64,000 nucleotides of DNA, taken from assembly GCF_001194135.2 (NCBI RefSeq), contig NC_068984.1:76200620-76264619 (forward strand), written 5' to 3'. The notes under the pieces are model-generated. The model was not told the origin of the DNA, did no database searches, and saw only the letters and a list, made by a program, of their open reading frames with translations. Positions 1 through 13,061 of the stretch are shown here, one piece after another (positions within the stretch are counted from its first letter, which is position 1; each line of letters opens with the position of its first letter). The stretch is from Octopus bimaculoides (Eukaryota). Position numbers and translations under genes: made by a program.

Positions 1-1224
1 CCTAGAACACGTTTGATCATAGCTTTGCTCAATCAGAGCTAACTCAGGTCTAAAGAATGTGCCCTTTATTGATTCATTGCTCATTTTTCACCTTGTTTTT
101 TACCATCCACTGACATCTCAATCTGAACTAGTCAAATATATCTAACATTTTCAGGACTATGCAGCCCATTTTCTCGTAGAAAATTAATTCTAAAGATAAA
201 ATAGTTTGCAAGAGAAAATAAGAAAAAATCCAATTATATAAAAAGACCATATCTTTTTTTGTAATCTTTCTCTCGTGATCAGCTCTGAATGTGGAATAAT
301 GGTAATTTCATTTTACCATAGTTCTACTTGAATGCATAACATCTATCTCTTCTTTTTTAATTATATATGCGTGTGTGTGTGTGTGTGTGTGTACACATAC
401 ACATAAAAAAAATAACAAGACAGCAAGCTTTATTGCCATAACGATAAAACAATTTTGGTTTTTAGTTGTTTTTTGTTTTTTCCACATATTTTTAACATTT
501 GGGATTTTTTGAAATTTTAATTTCATCATCCTTTTAACGGCCACTACACACACACTCACACACACACACCAATTTATATTTAAATATGAAATAAGGCATA
601 AAGTAACTTATGTATCATTCAGAAATATTTCTTTCATTTCAGTTATTCATTCGTTCATTTTCAGATTTGTTCTTCTTTTTTTCCTTCTAATAATTCTAAA
701 TTACTGACATTATTTTTAGATTATCTTTTCATTACATTCCACTCTCCTTTTTTTAATTTATATTTTTCTACTTATATTTACATATCTATTTTTTGTTCTT
801 TTTTTGATTTTGCATAGAACTTATTGCTACTTACCAGAATGTGAAATGTAGGCCTAAGATTCCTCACCTAATCAATATGTAAATGGAAGTATTTTTAAAT
901 TAAGTCCAGATATCAGGGAAATTATATTTATCTTTTATTTATTCATCAGTTTATTTATGTACTAAGATAATATATGTATTTTAATGCTGTTTCCTGATCA
1001 GATATCAGAGAAGTGATTAATTCTAAGACTCAGTTTTGTTTCTCTCTCTTTTAGTTCTCTCATTTTTTTTTTTTGTTTTGTCTTGTTTTCTTTTGTTTCT
1101 TTTACCATTTGAAAGCTATATGGTTTTTCATCCTTTTGTAGCCAATAAAATAAGTACCAAGTTTAATTTAATCAAGTAAATCCCATCCCAAATATGTATA
1201 GCCTTTTGCCTATGAAGAAAATCA

Positions 1225-1263
<39 letters not shown>

Positions 1264-1747
1264 CGTGACTATCTTTCTATCTATCTATCTATCTATCTGT
1301 CTATCTTTTTATCTATTTATCTATCTGTCTTCCTCTATCTTCCTATCTACCCCTCTGTCCTGGCCTCTACTTCACTGCTTCTGTCCTTTCCTCCTTGTTC
1401 CACTTCCNNNNNNNNNNNNNNNNNNNNNNNNNNNNNNNNNNNNNNNNNNNNNNNNNNNNNNNNNNNNNNNNNNNNNNNNNNNNNNNNNNNNNNNNNNNNN
1501 NNNNNNNNNNNNNNNNNNNNNNNNNNNNNNNNNNNNNNNNNNNNNNNNNNNNNNNNNNNNNNNNNNNNNNNNNNNNNNNNNNNNNNNNNNNNNNNNNNNN
1601 NNNNNNNNNNNNNNNNNNNNNNNNNNNNNNNNNNNNNNNNNNNNNNNNNNNNNNNNNNNNNNNNNNNNNNNNNNNNNNNNNNNNNNNNNNNNNNNGTCTT
1701 GGTTTGTGTTTGCCACCTTGGAATCCTCTGTGTAGTGGGTTGATCCA

Positions 1748-1960
1748 CTACTCAGGAAGAGACTATTCTAGAGTACGTTCTGTCTTATCTTCGAAACGTC
1801 TAGATAGAATAGAGACAGCTGATGAAGGGATATTCCAAGTGGCTTTCCGTTTTCCTATGTGTTCGTTCCGTTGTCTGTAGTTTATTGTTCTAACGTCCTG
1901 TACCCTGATATGCATATATATACACATGTAGATGTAAGTATGTACATATATGTGTGTATA
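1748..1960 (+). repeat. Short dispersed repeat unit, possibly Penelope-like terminal-repeat derived (copy 1)
   Basis: Shares CTTCGAAACG...CAGCTGATGA...ACGTCCTGTA.CC.GATATGCAT...TACA.ATGTAGATGTA with the copy at 2595-2790. Confidence 0.55.
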
Positions 1961-2465
1961 CATGTATATATATTCCTTGTATTATATATATATATATAGT
2001 TCCAGGATTTGTTTAGCCTTTCAAACATGCTACATGCTGATAAATTGAGTACCACCCAGATACTGAAGTTGATATAATTGACTAAACCCCATCCAAACGT
2101 TTGTGGCATTGTGCCTTCATTACAAATAAGCATTATTCCACAGTCATCATAGTTTCTGTAAAAAATGCCTTGCAGCCTTTTACATTTTGATTTCAGATCC
2201 TGCCATGGTCAACTTTACCTTTCTTCATTCCACAGTTGATTAAGTATAGTACTAGGAGTCAACTTAATACTGCTTGTAGCGAGTGACTTTCAAAGAGTGC
2301 AATTGTAAGGAAGAACACGGGCACATGTACACAGATATATATCTCAAACACATCAGAGATGCCTATAATAGGACATCTAACCCACTAGAAAGAGCATCCA
2401 AAACTCTACACCACAATTAGGGATAATTTCGAAAGGGAATGAAAAATAAAAACATTTACCATCAG

Positions 2466-2538
2466 TATTCCGAACCAGGTTTCAAGTTATTTTAGCAAAA
2501 TAAAATATTCTGCAAGGCCAACTATCATCAGCGGAATA
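2466..2538 (-). ncRNA. Type I hammerhead ribozyme-like motif
   Basis: Minus strand reads TATTCCG-CTGATGA-TAGTTG...TAACTT-GAAA-CCTGGTT-CGGAATA. Perfect 7-bp stem I, exact CUGAUGA and GAAA cores, an extended stem II and a GUU cleavage triplet. The first stem II pair is a U.U mismatch. Confidence 0.6.
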
Positions 2539-2594
2539 GCCTAGATTAACATATAAACACGAGGTACTACATAGAAAACATGACTTGTGCTAAT

Positions 2595-2790
2595 TCTTCG
2601 AAACGATTAGTTTAGAATAGGGGCAGCTGATGAGGAAATATTCTCTATGTGGCCTGTTTGTTTTCTGTGCTTTGTTGATGTTCTGTTTTTCATTTTGTCC
2701 ACGTTTTTTTGTGACGTCCTGTATCCAGATATGCATCTACATATACATGTAGATGTAGATTTGTAAATACATCTACGTATATATGCATAT
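2595..2790 (+). repeat. Short dispersed repeat unit, same family as 1748-1960 (copy 2)
   Basis: CTTCGAAACG at 2596-2605, CAGCTGATGA at about 2624-2633, then GACGTCCTGTATCCAGATATGCATCTACATATACATGTAGATGTAG. Confidence 0.55.
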
Positions 2791-2845
2791 ACTCACATAT
2801 TATTTGTATTATTATATGTAATATATATATATATATATATGTTTG

Positions 2846-2880
<35 letters not shown>

Positions 2881-2885
2881 GTATG

Positions 2886-2919
<34 letters not shown>

Positions 2920-4544
2920 TATATNNNNNNNNNNNNNNNNNNNNNNNNNNNNNNNNNNNNNNNNNNNNNNNNNNNNNNNNNNNNNNNNNNNNNNNNNNNN
3001 NNNNNNNNNNNNNNNNNNNNNNNNNNNNNNNNNNNNNNNNNNNNNNNNNNNNNNNNNNNNNNNNNNNNNNNNNNNNNNNNNNNNNNNNNNNNNNNNNNNN
3101 NNNNNNNNNNNNNNNNNNNNNNNNNNNNNNNNNNNNNNNNNNNNNNNNNNNNNNNNNNNNNNNNNNNNNNNNNNNNNNNNNNNNNNNNNNNNNNNNNNNN
3201 NNNNNNNNNNNNNNNNNNNNNNNNNNNNNNNNNNNNNNNNNNNNNNNNNNNNNNNNNNNNNNNNNNNNNNNNNNNNNNNNNNNNNNNNNNNNNNNNNNNN
3301 NNNNNNNNNNNNNNNNNNNNNNNNNNNNNNNNNNNNNNNNNNNNNNNNNNNNNNNNNNNNNNNNNNNNNNNNNNNNNNNNNNNNNNNNNNNNNNNNNNNN
3401 NNNNNNNNNNNNNNNNNNNNNNNNNNNNNNNNNNNNNNNNNNNNNNNNNNNNNNNNNNNNNNNNNNNNNNNNNNNNNNNNNNNNNNNNNNNNNNNNNNNN
3501 NNNNNNNNNNNNNNNNNNNNNNNNNNNNNNNNNNNNNNNNNNNNNNNNNNNNNNNNNNNNNNNNNNNNNNNNNNNNNNNNNNNNNNNNNNNNNNNNNNNN
3601 NNNNNNNNGTAAGTTTGTAAGTATATATGTGAATATATGTATACATGTATATATATATATACATATATATGTATATGTATACATGTATATATATATATAC
3701 ATATACATGTATATATATATATACATATATATGTATATATATATATATACATGTGTATATATGTATATATATGTTTAATTAAATCAAAACAGTAGGGTAA
3801 AAAATTGGATATTAATTAATATCAATTTAATACCAGGGAAAAGCACATTAAAAGAATCAAGGAGATTCAGAAAAAATATCTGAGATCTCAAAGGATTATT
3901 GTATATGTATATATAAAGGAGACGACTAGGTGGATTGTTAATGTGCTAGAAGAAGATCACATGTAATGCTTCTACTAAGACCGAATTGTTCTCAAAGGAA
4001 ATTTAGCGAAGCAACAAAATGTATACGGGCAAGACAAGTGAAAATTACATAAATACATACAAAGTTTGTATGCAGGGGTATGACCCACTCAATGGGATTG
4101 GCAGTTCAGAGATAGCAAAGAGCGCTAGACTTTTATAGAGTACAACTATCTTTTGATAGCTGGTAAGGATTAAGTTTCCTTATGTAATTCATAGAACTGC
4201 TTATATGTGTGTGTGTCTTCAATTTAATATATGTGTATGGATGCATGTATGTGTTTTTTTTTGTTTATTTAATGACCATTTTTTCCATGCTAGCATGGGT
4301 TGGACGAGGACTTATTTGAAACAGGACTTTGAAGCTGCATACACTTCCTGTTACCAACCCTTACCTTTTTTTTTTTACCAAGTAATTTATTATTCCTCAG
4401 GTCTTCAAAAACACAAAGCAATTAATCATAATGTCAACAAGAATGTAAGCATATCACTGGTGGTGACAAGTGAAGCTGTGCATGTCAGTATTCACCTACA
4501 TCCACACACACACACACACACATGTGTGTGTTTCTGTGTACAAC

Positions 4545-4700
4545 AGACTTCTTATAGTTTCTTCTATCATTAGTTGGTCTGGGGTCATAGTAAGTAGCCA
4601 CTTACCTAAAGTGCTGCACAGTGGGAACTGAACCCCAAAATTATGTGGTTGCAAAGCAAAATTCTTAACCACACACCCATTCATGTGCCTATACATGGAC
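4545..4700 (-). mobile_element. tRNA-derived SINE head (family A)
   Basis: Reverse complement matches the head at 15641-15780 (GTGGTTAAG...GGTTCAGTTCCC...GCAC.TTAGGTAAGTG). Confidence 0.65.
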
Positions 4701-5799
4701 ATGCACACACATATGACGGATCTCAAGTTATGTTGATTGTTAAGTGATTCAGTTGTGTGATTTTTTGTTTTATAGTATAAGAGTATATAGTATAAGTATT
4801 CCACAGACATTTATATTGCAAAAGTTTTTGGAGATCAAATCTGAACTATAACATATTGACTGCTTACATGTTTGCAAAATGGTATAATTTGACTTTACTA
4901 CTTTGTATGTGTATGTGTGTATACTTTTTGTTTTCTTTTCATTCTTTTTGTTTTCTTTTCATTCTTTTTGTTACGTTTCTATAAGTCACAAGGTTCTGGA
5001 CTTCAAATCCTATTTTCAATTGAGTTTTCAAATTTCAACAGGTTTGAACTTGCCTTTCCACACTTTCATGGACTGAGTTCAAACTTAATGTATACCGGTT
5101 GTATACTGGCCTCAATTCAATCTATTATTGTAATAATCCCTTAGAATAATTGGCTATGAATCAGATTGGAAATAAGAATGTGTTGTGCATATGGATGGTA
5201 AAGTAAGTTGAGCACTAGATGAAAAAAGCCGTATGCTATAGTTCATCTGGTTATGTAGCTGTATGTTTTGTGTTCAAATCCTGCAATAGCAAACTTTGCT
5301 TTTCAGTTTTCTGATAGAGGTTTGATAGCATAAATACTAGTTGATAAAATATGTATTGGCAATGATGTAATTAATAATATTCTTGAGCATGTTGCCCTAG
5401 CATTGTCACAGTTCAGCAACTGAAACATGTAAAAAGAAAAGAAAGAATATGTTTGCCTAGTCAAAAGAAATCATTATTTTCATAATAAGAAGAAAGAAAA
5501 GATAGATATGAGTATAAGTGGGGCATTCAGTTTTGCTCACTTGATTATGTCATTCTGACCTCTACAGTTACTTTACGACGTCTCGTATAATTCATGTGAC
5601 AGCTTGGCATTTTCCATAATTTTTTTGGTCTCTATTTTACCATATTTCCTTTCTTGTGTGTGTATCTAGATACACACACACACACATCACATTCATTTTC
5701 CAGCTTACATTGGTGGGTGATATGTTTGTAGGAGTGGTGGATTTTTACTGCTGGATGCCCTACTACTATAACTCGTCCCTTGACCATAAAATAACTGTG

Positions 5800-5846
<47 letters not shown>

Positions 5847-6394
5847 CCATGCCAGCATGGGAGGCAGATGTTAAACAATGATGATGGTGATGATATGTAC
5901 AAACACACACACACTCCATATGTGTTGTTTCAAAGCTTCTCTTTTCTGACATTTTAATGTTTTTCCTAGTAGTTTATATAATCTAGCGTTTTCAGAGGAA
6001 TAAATAGGCATTTTTAATAAGGTGCCAGGTTTACAATTGTGATAAAGTTAAAGTTAAAAAAGACATTGACTTATTGCATTCTTTCCTTTCTTTTACTGGT
6101 TTCAGTTATCGAACTGTAGCCATGAACTGTAGTCAATTAGTTACTGAATTGTAGTCAATTTAGAATACACACACACAAAAAGAAAAACAGAAGTTTTGTT
6201 CATTCTTAGCCAGCAGGTAATTTGCATAATTAAAACTAAAACAAGCTAAAATAAAATCTCTGGAAAGAGTCAGCGTCATGGATTTTGATAAAGTGTATTG
6301 AACACATACACACGCACACATGCACACACACACATACACATACACATGCATACACACACTTGATGTGTATGTATATATAGCTTAGGTCTATCAC

Positions 6395-6675
6395 AAGGCT
6401 GCTGTGATAGGCCAGAGTTTATCCTGATTGCCATGGTATATAAATGACTGAGAGTACAATACTTTGCCTTGAACAGGATGCCAGTCCATTGTAGGATTAA
6501 CTAACTCCTGCCTGTTGCTGGTACTCAATTTCAGTTAAAGTGGATTAGATCATATATACGCATATGTGTATGTAGGTGAATCGAAGTGCTCAAGAACACA
6601 ACACGGTGCCTGGTCTGGGACTCAGAACCATGATGTTACAATCTTGAGTCTGAAGCACTAACCACTAGGCCACGT
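6395..6675 (-). mobile_element. tRNA-derived SINE with V-domain-like tail, decayed
   Basis: Minus strand starts GTGGCCTAGTGGTTAGTGC (A-box) and has GGTTCTGAGTCCC (B-box-like), then GTGTTCTTGAGCAC and a CAATGGACTGGCATCC segment. Confidence 0.5.
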
Positions 6676-6710
6676 TCCTTCTACACTCTGACTGAATAAG
6701 CTGTTTGGTG

Positions 6711-6823
6711 AAACTCATTTTTGCCAGCTGAGTGGACTTGAGTAACGTGAAATAAAGTGTTTTGCTCAAGAACACAATGCATCGCCTGGTCCAGGAATCA
6801 AAACCACAATCTTACGATCAATA
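6711..6823 (-). mobile_element. tRNA-derived SINE fragment (family E central part)
   Basis: Reverse complement contains TTGTGTTCTTGAGCAAAACACTTTATTTCACGTTACTC.AGTCCACTCAGCTGGCAAAAATGAG, matching 13105-13160 and 43080-43110. Confidence 0.6.
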
Positions 6824-7934
6824 GTGAATTTGGGTGGAAATGTGTCCATAAATCTCCTCTTTAGTTTTGTACTCACGCTATTGAGCCCTCATGAGATTCC
6901 TAGTGTATATGTAACGTTAATGGTAGAATTGTTAAGATATAAAATTATAACATTATACATTTTCTTATTATTGTACACTACTTGTAGCAAAATCATATCT
7001 ATTGTACCACTTTGGTTGACCAGGACTTTAAGTTCACCACTTGCAGTTTATTTTACTTGTTTTGGTAGAATAAAGTACACACATGCATGTATATTACCAT
7101 ATTTATTTGCATAAGATATATTAACTTATATACTCCTTAACACAAATTTTAGTCTATGAAATCTTTCAGAAAATATCTCTGATATACAGTACCGTGACAT
7201 TTTGCTTAATGTTACAGTTGAATGGAACAAAAAAGGAGTTTAGTCTGATTTATTATAATTGTTATATAAATTACATTTAAAAAAAAGTTCACAAATCCTA
7301 AACAAAAAACAAAATGACTTAATTTTGAAAGTGACCTTTCAGCTTAACCAGTGCAGGCTGATAAAGGTGTCCAGCAGTGTCTTAATGGCAAAACAGGCAA
7401 ACATTTGGTTCTGTAGGGTCATGGTTATCAACATTTGACATGGAAGGGCAGAATGTAATGCTTTCATTGTGGAAAAATATATATATTTTTCCTTACTTGA
7501 ATGTGAACATAAAATGAAATATTTCTATTTTTTTAACTACTTTAATTGGAATGAAATTACTTTCATTATCAAAAATGCAATTTCAATTATTTAATGTGAA
7601 GATGAAATTAATAAATAATCAATTAATAAGTATAATTTACAAATACTCCATTAATGAGATGTGAACATAAACTAAAGGAAATAAACACTTCTTTTTCTGA
7701 AATACTGTAATTATTCAATGTGAAAGTGAAATTAGGAAGTTGAAATGAAATGTTTACTTTCTCTATAATAAAAATATTTAAGCTTAAGTATTCAATAAGG
7801 AAAATGTTTATATTTTGGATTATGATTTTTGCATCCTTCCATACTGAAGTTGGGCAGCAGTAATTCCACCAATCTCAAGTTTTGTCAGTTGTGCAGATTT
7901 TAACATAATATTAAACATCTTTCCTTTGCTATCA

Positions 7935-8310
7935 TGAGGCTTTCTTGGAGCTGGATGGAAATGCTGGGGTTAGAGGAATCAGTGGAATGCCTGGCAAGGG
8001 TGAATGGAGTCCGGTGGTATGGGCATGTGTTGAGGAGGGATGAGGAGCATGTTCTGTGGAAGGTGCTTGAGTTTGAGGTAAATGGACCGTGAAAGCAAAG
8101 TAAACCAAGGAAAACATGGAGGGGACAGGTGGAGGAGGAGATTGGGAGGGTTGGTTTGAGAAGGGAGGACGCCCAAAGCTGGGCAACATGGCGAGATGGT
8201 GTGAGGGCAGCTGCTATGACATTGAGGTAGATGCGGCCACTCCTGTTAATGGAGACAAAACCTGGATTTAAAACACTGGACAATGGTGATGATCAAACAG
8301 CAACAACAAC
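7935..8310 (+). mobile_element. RTE-clade LINE 3' fragment
   Basis: Plus-frame translation ARVNGVRWYGHVLRRDEEHVLWKVLEFEVNGP*KQSKPRKTWRGQVEEEIGRVGLRREDA matches the RTE C-terminal RW.GHV.R...GRPRKTW motif. Followed by a short GAT/CAA tail. Confidence 0.85.
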
Positions 8311-8489
8311 AATGCACATATAATATATTGACTATTAAAACCGTTCTGTTGTTACTTATTAAAGCCGGTTTGATACACAAATCTTGAAGAAACAAACAGA
8401 AAATTCACACATGATGGGATGTTGTTAATTCCTCATCAGTTATCATCCAAAGGATCCTTATAGTTTCACATATATATATTCGATTTATT

Positions 8490-8728
8490 GCCTACTTTTC
8501 TATGCTTGCACAAGTTGGACAGAATTTTATTGAGGTGGATTTTTTACAGCTGGATGTCTTTACTGTTGCCAGCCCTCACGTTTCCAAGTAAGATAATAAT
8601 TCCTCTTGACCAGACATGTTTTCATGAAACATGAATGAAGGATACCATTTGCATTGTGGTATCATCTGTTTATAACTGTCATGCAATGTCAAGCCAAGGA
8701 GACAATAACACACACTCACACATATATA
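8490..8728 (-). mobile_element. RTE-type (GAT)n tail module of a SINE split by the mariner insertion
   Basis: TTTTACAGCTGGATGTC...GTTTCCAAGTAAG as in other RTE-tail copies. Ends in the (CA)(TA) tract holding the left mariner TA. Confidence 0.55.
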
Positions 8729-9943
8729 TGATGGAGTACCCAAAGTAAGTGAAATCGTTCTCTGTGGGGCAGGCCAGTTGTAGTTCAGACTTCCATCACT
8801 AGAAGCCTCAAACATCAGTCTGCTGACCGGGGATGTCAAGTGAAGTCATACTGCCACTTGGTGCTTCTCCCTTGTTTGTTGACTTTTGGGATGGCTGAAA
8901 TGAAGGAACAACGTGCTTTGACGAAATTCTGTTTCCTGCTGGAGAGAACAGTAGCGAAACAGCTGTCAGGCATGATCAAGGATGCTGCCATGATCAAAAC
9001 ACGAGTTTATGAGTGGTTTTCATGCTTTAGGAATGGTCATTTGTTGTTTGAAGACCAACTTCGTTCAAGGTGACCTTTGACCTCCTGAACTAATGAAAAC
9101 ATCACGAAAATTCATGAAGTGATCTTGGTGGACTGTCACCAAACAACTGATGAATTTGTTCATGAAATGAAGAGAGTTCCAGTAAAATTTGTACCTCGCT
9201 TGTTCATGGAAGATCATAAACAATCACGACTGAATATGTGTCATGAACTGAAGGAACAGCTGGAAGTTGGTCCTGACCTTATTTCGAAGGTCATCACTGG
9301 TGATGAAAGCTGGTTCTATGGCTACGACCTGGAAATGAAGCAGCAATCAAGTCAATGGAAGCCTTCAATGTCACCATACTCCTCAAAAGTGTGTCAAATG
9401 AAGTCCAATGTCAAGACAATGCTGATTTGATTCATCAATGTGAAAGGAATTGTCTACACAGAATTTGTTCCTTTTCGTCAAACTATTAACCAGACATTTT
9501 ACTTGGCAGTTCTGAAACATTTGCAAGATGCATTGAGATGAAAACGCCCAGACTTATGGCAAATTGGAGTGGTGGTTTCATCACAACAATGCACCTGCAC
9601 ACACCACCTTGAATGTGAGACGGTTTTTGACCAAAAATAGCATGACCCCCCCCTCACCCTTCCTATTCATCTAATCTTGCTCCCTGCAACTTTTTTTTTG
9701 TAACCCCAAATGAAAAAAATCCTTAAAGGAAAACGTTTTGCAAATGTGGAAGAGATGAAGAAAAAACGATGGAGGCATTAAAAGACATCACTTTGCAAGA
9801 GTTCCAGAACTGCTTTGAACACTGGAAAATGTGTCTGGACCAATGCATTGCTTCAAATGAAGAATACTTTGAAGGCAATAAAAGTAAAACTAAGTGAATA
9901 AGATAACATTGCAAAATTCTGGTTTCTCTGGGGTACTCCCTCG
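8729..9943 (+). mobile_element. Full-length decayed mariner (Tc1/mariner, DD34D type) DNA transposon
   Basis: Left TA 8727-8728 plus TGATGGAGTACCC; right GGGTACTCCCTCG plus TA 9944-9945. Frameshifted transposase 8891-9897: MAEMKEQRA..KFCFLL, KFVPRL, ITGDESWFYGYD, KRPDLW, HNNAPAH, NLAPCNFF, EYFEG. Confidence 0.93.
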
Positions 9944-9945
9944 TA

Positions 9946-10095
9946 TTGCAGGCTTCTTTTAGTTTCTGTCTGTCAAGTCCACTCACAAGGTTTTAGTTGG
10001 CTTGGGGCTGTAGCAGAAGACTGTTGCCCATGGTGCCACACAGTGGGATTGAACCCAGAACCATGGTGTTGGTGAGCAAACTTCTTTGCCCTTCA
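9946..10095 (-). mobile_element. tRNA-derived SINE head (family A)
   Basis: AGAAGACTGTTGCCCATGGTGCCACACAGTGGGATTGAACCCAGAACCATG is the reverse complement of the family A head. Confidence 0.7.
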
Positions 10096-11718
10096 ACCAT
10101 ATATATGTGCAAACTTCATAACCCTTTAGCCATGTGTGTGTGTGTGCCAGCATGGAAAACAGACATTAAATGATGATGATAATGATGATATATACACACA
10201 CACACAAAAGAAGTTTTGATTAAAACTTTATTGTATATTACCATATTTATTTGTATATGACATAACAACTTATTGCATATTTTATTCACTTGTTACTTAT
10301 GTATGCCTTGTTCTAAAGTCCCACACTCCACCATGCCCCACCTTGAGAAACACTGCTCTCTTGTATGTACATACACAAAGTTAACATTTTGTCCTTTTGC
10401 TGTTTCAGTTATACATTTTATTTCTGGAACTTTTCAATGTGTCAGTAAAATAGTAAACAACTTTGATCGATACAATCTCGGCAGTGGGCATAATAAATGT
10501 GAAAAATAAACATTTAATGTATTATTTCTAATCATAGAAAAACGACACATTTACCATCTTTTCAATGAAGAAAATATACATGTGCATTTATTTCTATAAC
10601 ACATTCAACTGACTTTATAAAACGCAAACAAAATAGGCACATTTTTCCATAGTACATTATTTAATTGACTTATATATGTGCATTTTAATACTTTTATGTA
10701 AACATTTGTCATCTTTGATCTTGTTATATTCTTATCTGAATTTTTCCTCTGTTAATCTCTATTCATAAACCTTATGCTCTGTAATTATTATTACATTAGT
10801 CTATCAGCCAGATTAAAAGAAGCCAACTGTGCACACGAATACACACTACACACACACACTCTCCCTTTCTCACACATTCTCTCTCTCATACTCTCTCTCT
10901 TACACACACACACACACGCACATATATATTCTTACATAAGTACTGATCATTATCATCAAACTGTTTTTACATCTGCTTTTTTGGTACAAGCATGAGTTGG
11001 AAGGAGAGTCATTGAGGTAACTGTCTAAGGTACAGTGCTCTACTTGCTGCCAATGTTTTCTTGTACTCATTTTCATGAATGGAAACTGCAGAGCTACAGG
11101 ACATTGTTTTCGGGAAACATAAATATGACATCACTGTTTTGCTCAAATAATGCCTACAAAGACTCATGGAAAATAAACATTCATGCACACCTCTCCCACT
11201 ACACACAAACATGACAAGCTTTCATGCAGTTTCATTTTACTAATTTTACTCACAAGGCATTGATCAGCATTGCAAGTAAAATAAAGGCTATAATAGAAGG
11301 CATTATTGCACAAGGTACCCCACAGTGGGATTAACCACATTGTTTCGAAATTAATTTTGTATCCGCACAGCCATATCAACACTCATAATGCGCACATATA
11401 ATATGTCTGTTTAATTGTCACTGTATTCAAACACAACTAATTTAAATGTATTCCTGTCTGTTGTATTAATTGACAGATCATAGTACATGACTCTAAATTT
11501 TCTCACAGTGCAATATAACTTCCTTCAGTTTTGTGTTAGCTACAAAATATTCACATAACAATACTATTGATGTATCAATTTTTGGTGTTTTATATTTTTT
11601 GTTAAAGAGGGGTATTTGAATAATAATAGTATTAATAATAGTCCCCTATGCAGCTGTTTGATAATGCTACACATTTTTAGAGTAAAGCAGTGTGACATGT
11701 GGTGATACTGATATCACT

Positions 11719-11749
<31 letters not shown>

Positions 11750-13061
11750 TAATAATATTTGAGAAGCCTTATTGCCATCAAACCTCAAGATAAGATACCT
11801 GCAAACTAAATTAGCAAGCACTAGCATAATAATAACTTTAAAAATGTTATATCTACTTATGATAGAGGTTATTATTGTTGTCATTCAGGCTCAAATCAAT
11901 TTGAACAAGCAGTCTTGTGATGGAAAGCATTCCAGCTGTACCTTCATTCCCCTCGCCTTTGTCTTCTTTTAGGAATAGTGTATTTAGAATTACATTAGCC
12001 ATTGCATTCTTTACATTTTAGAAAATGACAGTAGGAGATTTGGCTGCTATATCTTGCACGTCAGATTACTCAGTAGGGACTCCTTCATTTGCTCAACAAT
12101 ATAGAGCTCCCTTATAAATAAACCCTATCAAGAACAAACTAACTGGGAAGTTTTCTGTGATACCTCAGTCTGTTAGAAATAGCATTCAGCTCTTCTTCAG
12201 ATCAATCTGTATTCTGAAATAAAAATAATACGCTTGATCATACCTTTGATCATACTACTCAAGAGGGCTGACTTGGAATTAAACAACACCAACAATAGCC
12301 TTAGGGAAAATATAATGTATATACTCTTTAACAATCAGTCCCTGAATTTTTTATGCTGTTGTACAGTGGGATTGAACCTGAGACCGCATGGGTGGGAAGC
12401 AAGTCTCCTACAGCCATGCCTGTCCCTACACACTTACACACAGACACAAATGTGTGTGTGTGTGTGTGTATATATATATTATATATACAGAAACTGAAGA
12501 AATTTGAGAATGCAGGAAGGTTGTGAGGATAGCTTAGAGAATCAGGTAAATGGCCTTTAGAAGATGGAAAAAATTAGAGGTTCAGTTCCCTGTGGAGGCT
12601 TGCTGGCCACATTTTTCCGTCTTCTAAAGGGTCTCAGCTCTCCTCAGAACCTTTTTGCATTTGCAAATTCCTTTATTTTCTGTAGATTTCCAACACATGC
12701 TGTGCTTATAAATTTGTTTACAATGCACGTACACACACACATTCATATGCATTCAGATCTCTAAATCTGTGTTTTTGTCATTATACAAAGGATTATGACC
12801 ATTCATATCTTCTGATATCTTTGTGTATGGATATCCGCTCCTGTATGGATATCCGCTCATTTCATTCCCCCTCACAGTTTGGTGAGCTATTGGGTTGGTC
12901 TTTCTGTAACCAGCTGGTGAGGCCAACAAATATCTTTTTCTCTGTCTACTCCAGCTCCTTCTAAAAGCTTTTAGTTGTATCAAAACTTTGAATTCCCATA
13001 TTTTGTCCATACTAACAGGGTTTAACACTGCTGCTTGGTCCTTGAGTCCTTTTCAATAATT

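Noticed and set aside
283-301. 19-nt micro-exon with in-frame TGA read as selenocysteine
   Set aside because: Needs an ad hoc recoding assumption. No SECIS or selenoprotein motif recognised.
1144-1149. AATAAA as poly(A) signal for the candidate exon at 818
   Set aside because: It lies within a decayed family B SINE (CATCCTTT...ATAAAATAAGTACCA), so it is not independent evidence.
8400-8445. CTGATGA followed by GGA...TCC on the minus strand as a hammerhead
   Set aside because: No GAAA core and no stem I partner.
12824-12858. 17-bp direct repeat TGTATGGATATCCGCTC, twice
   Set aside because: Simple local slippage duplication with only two units.
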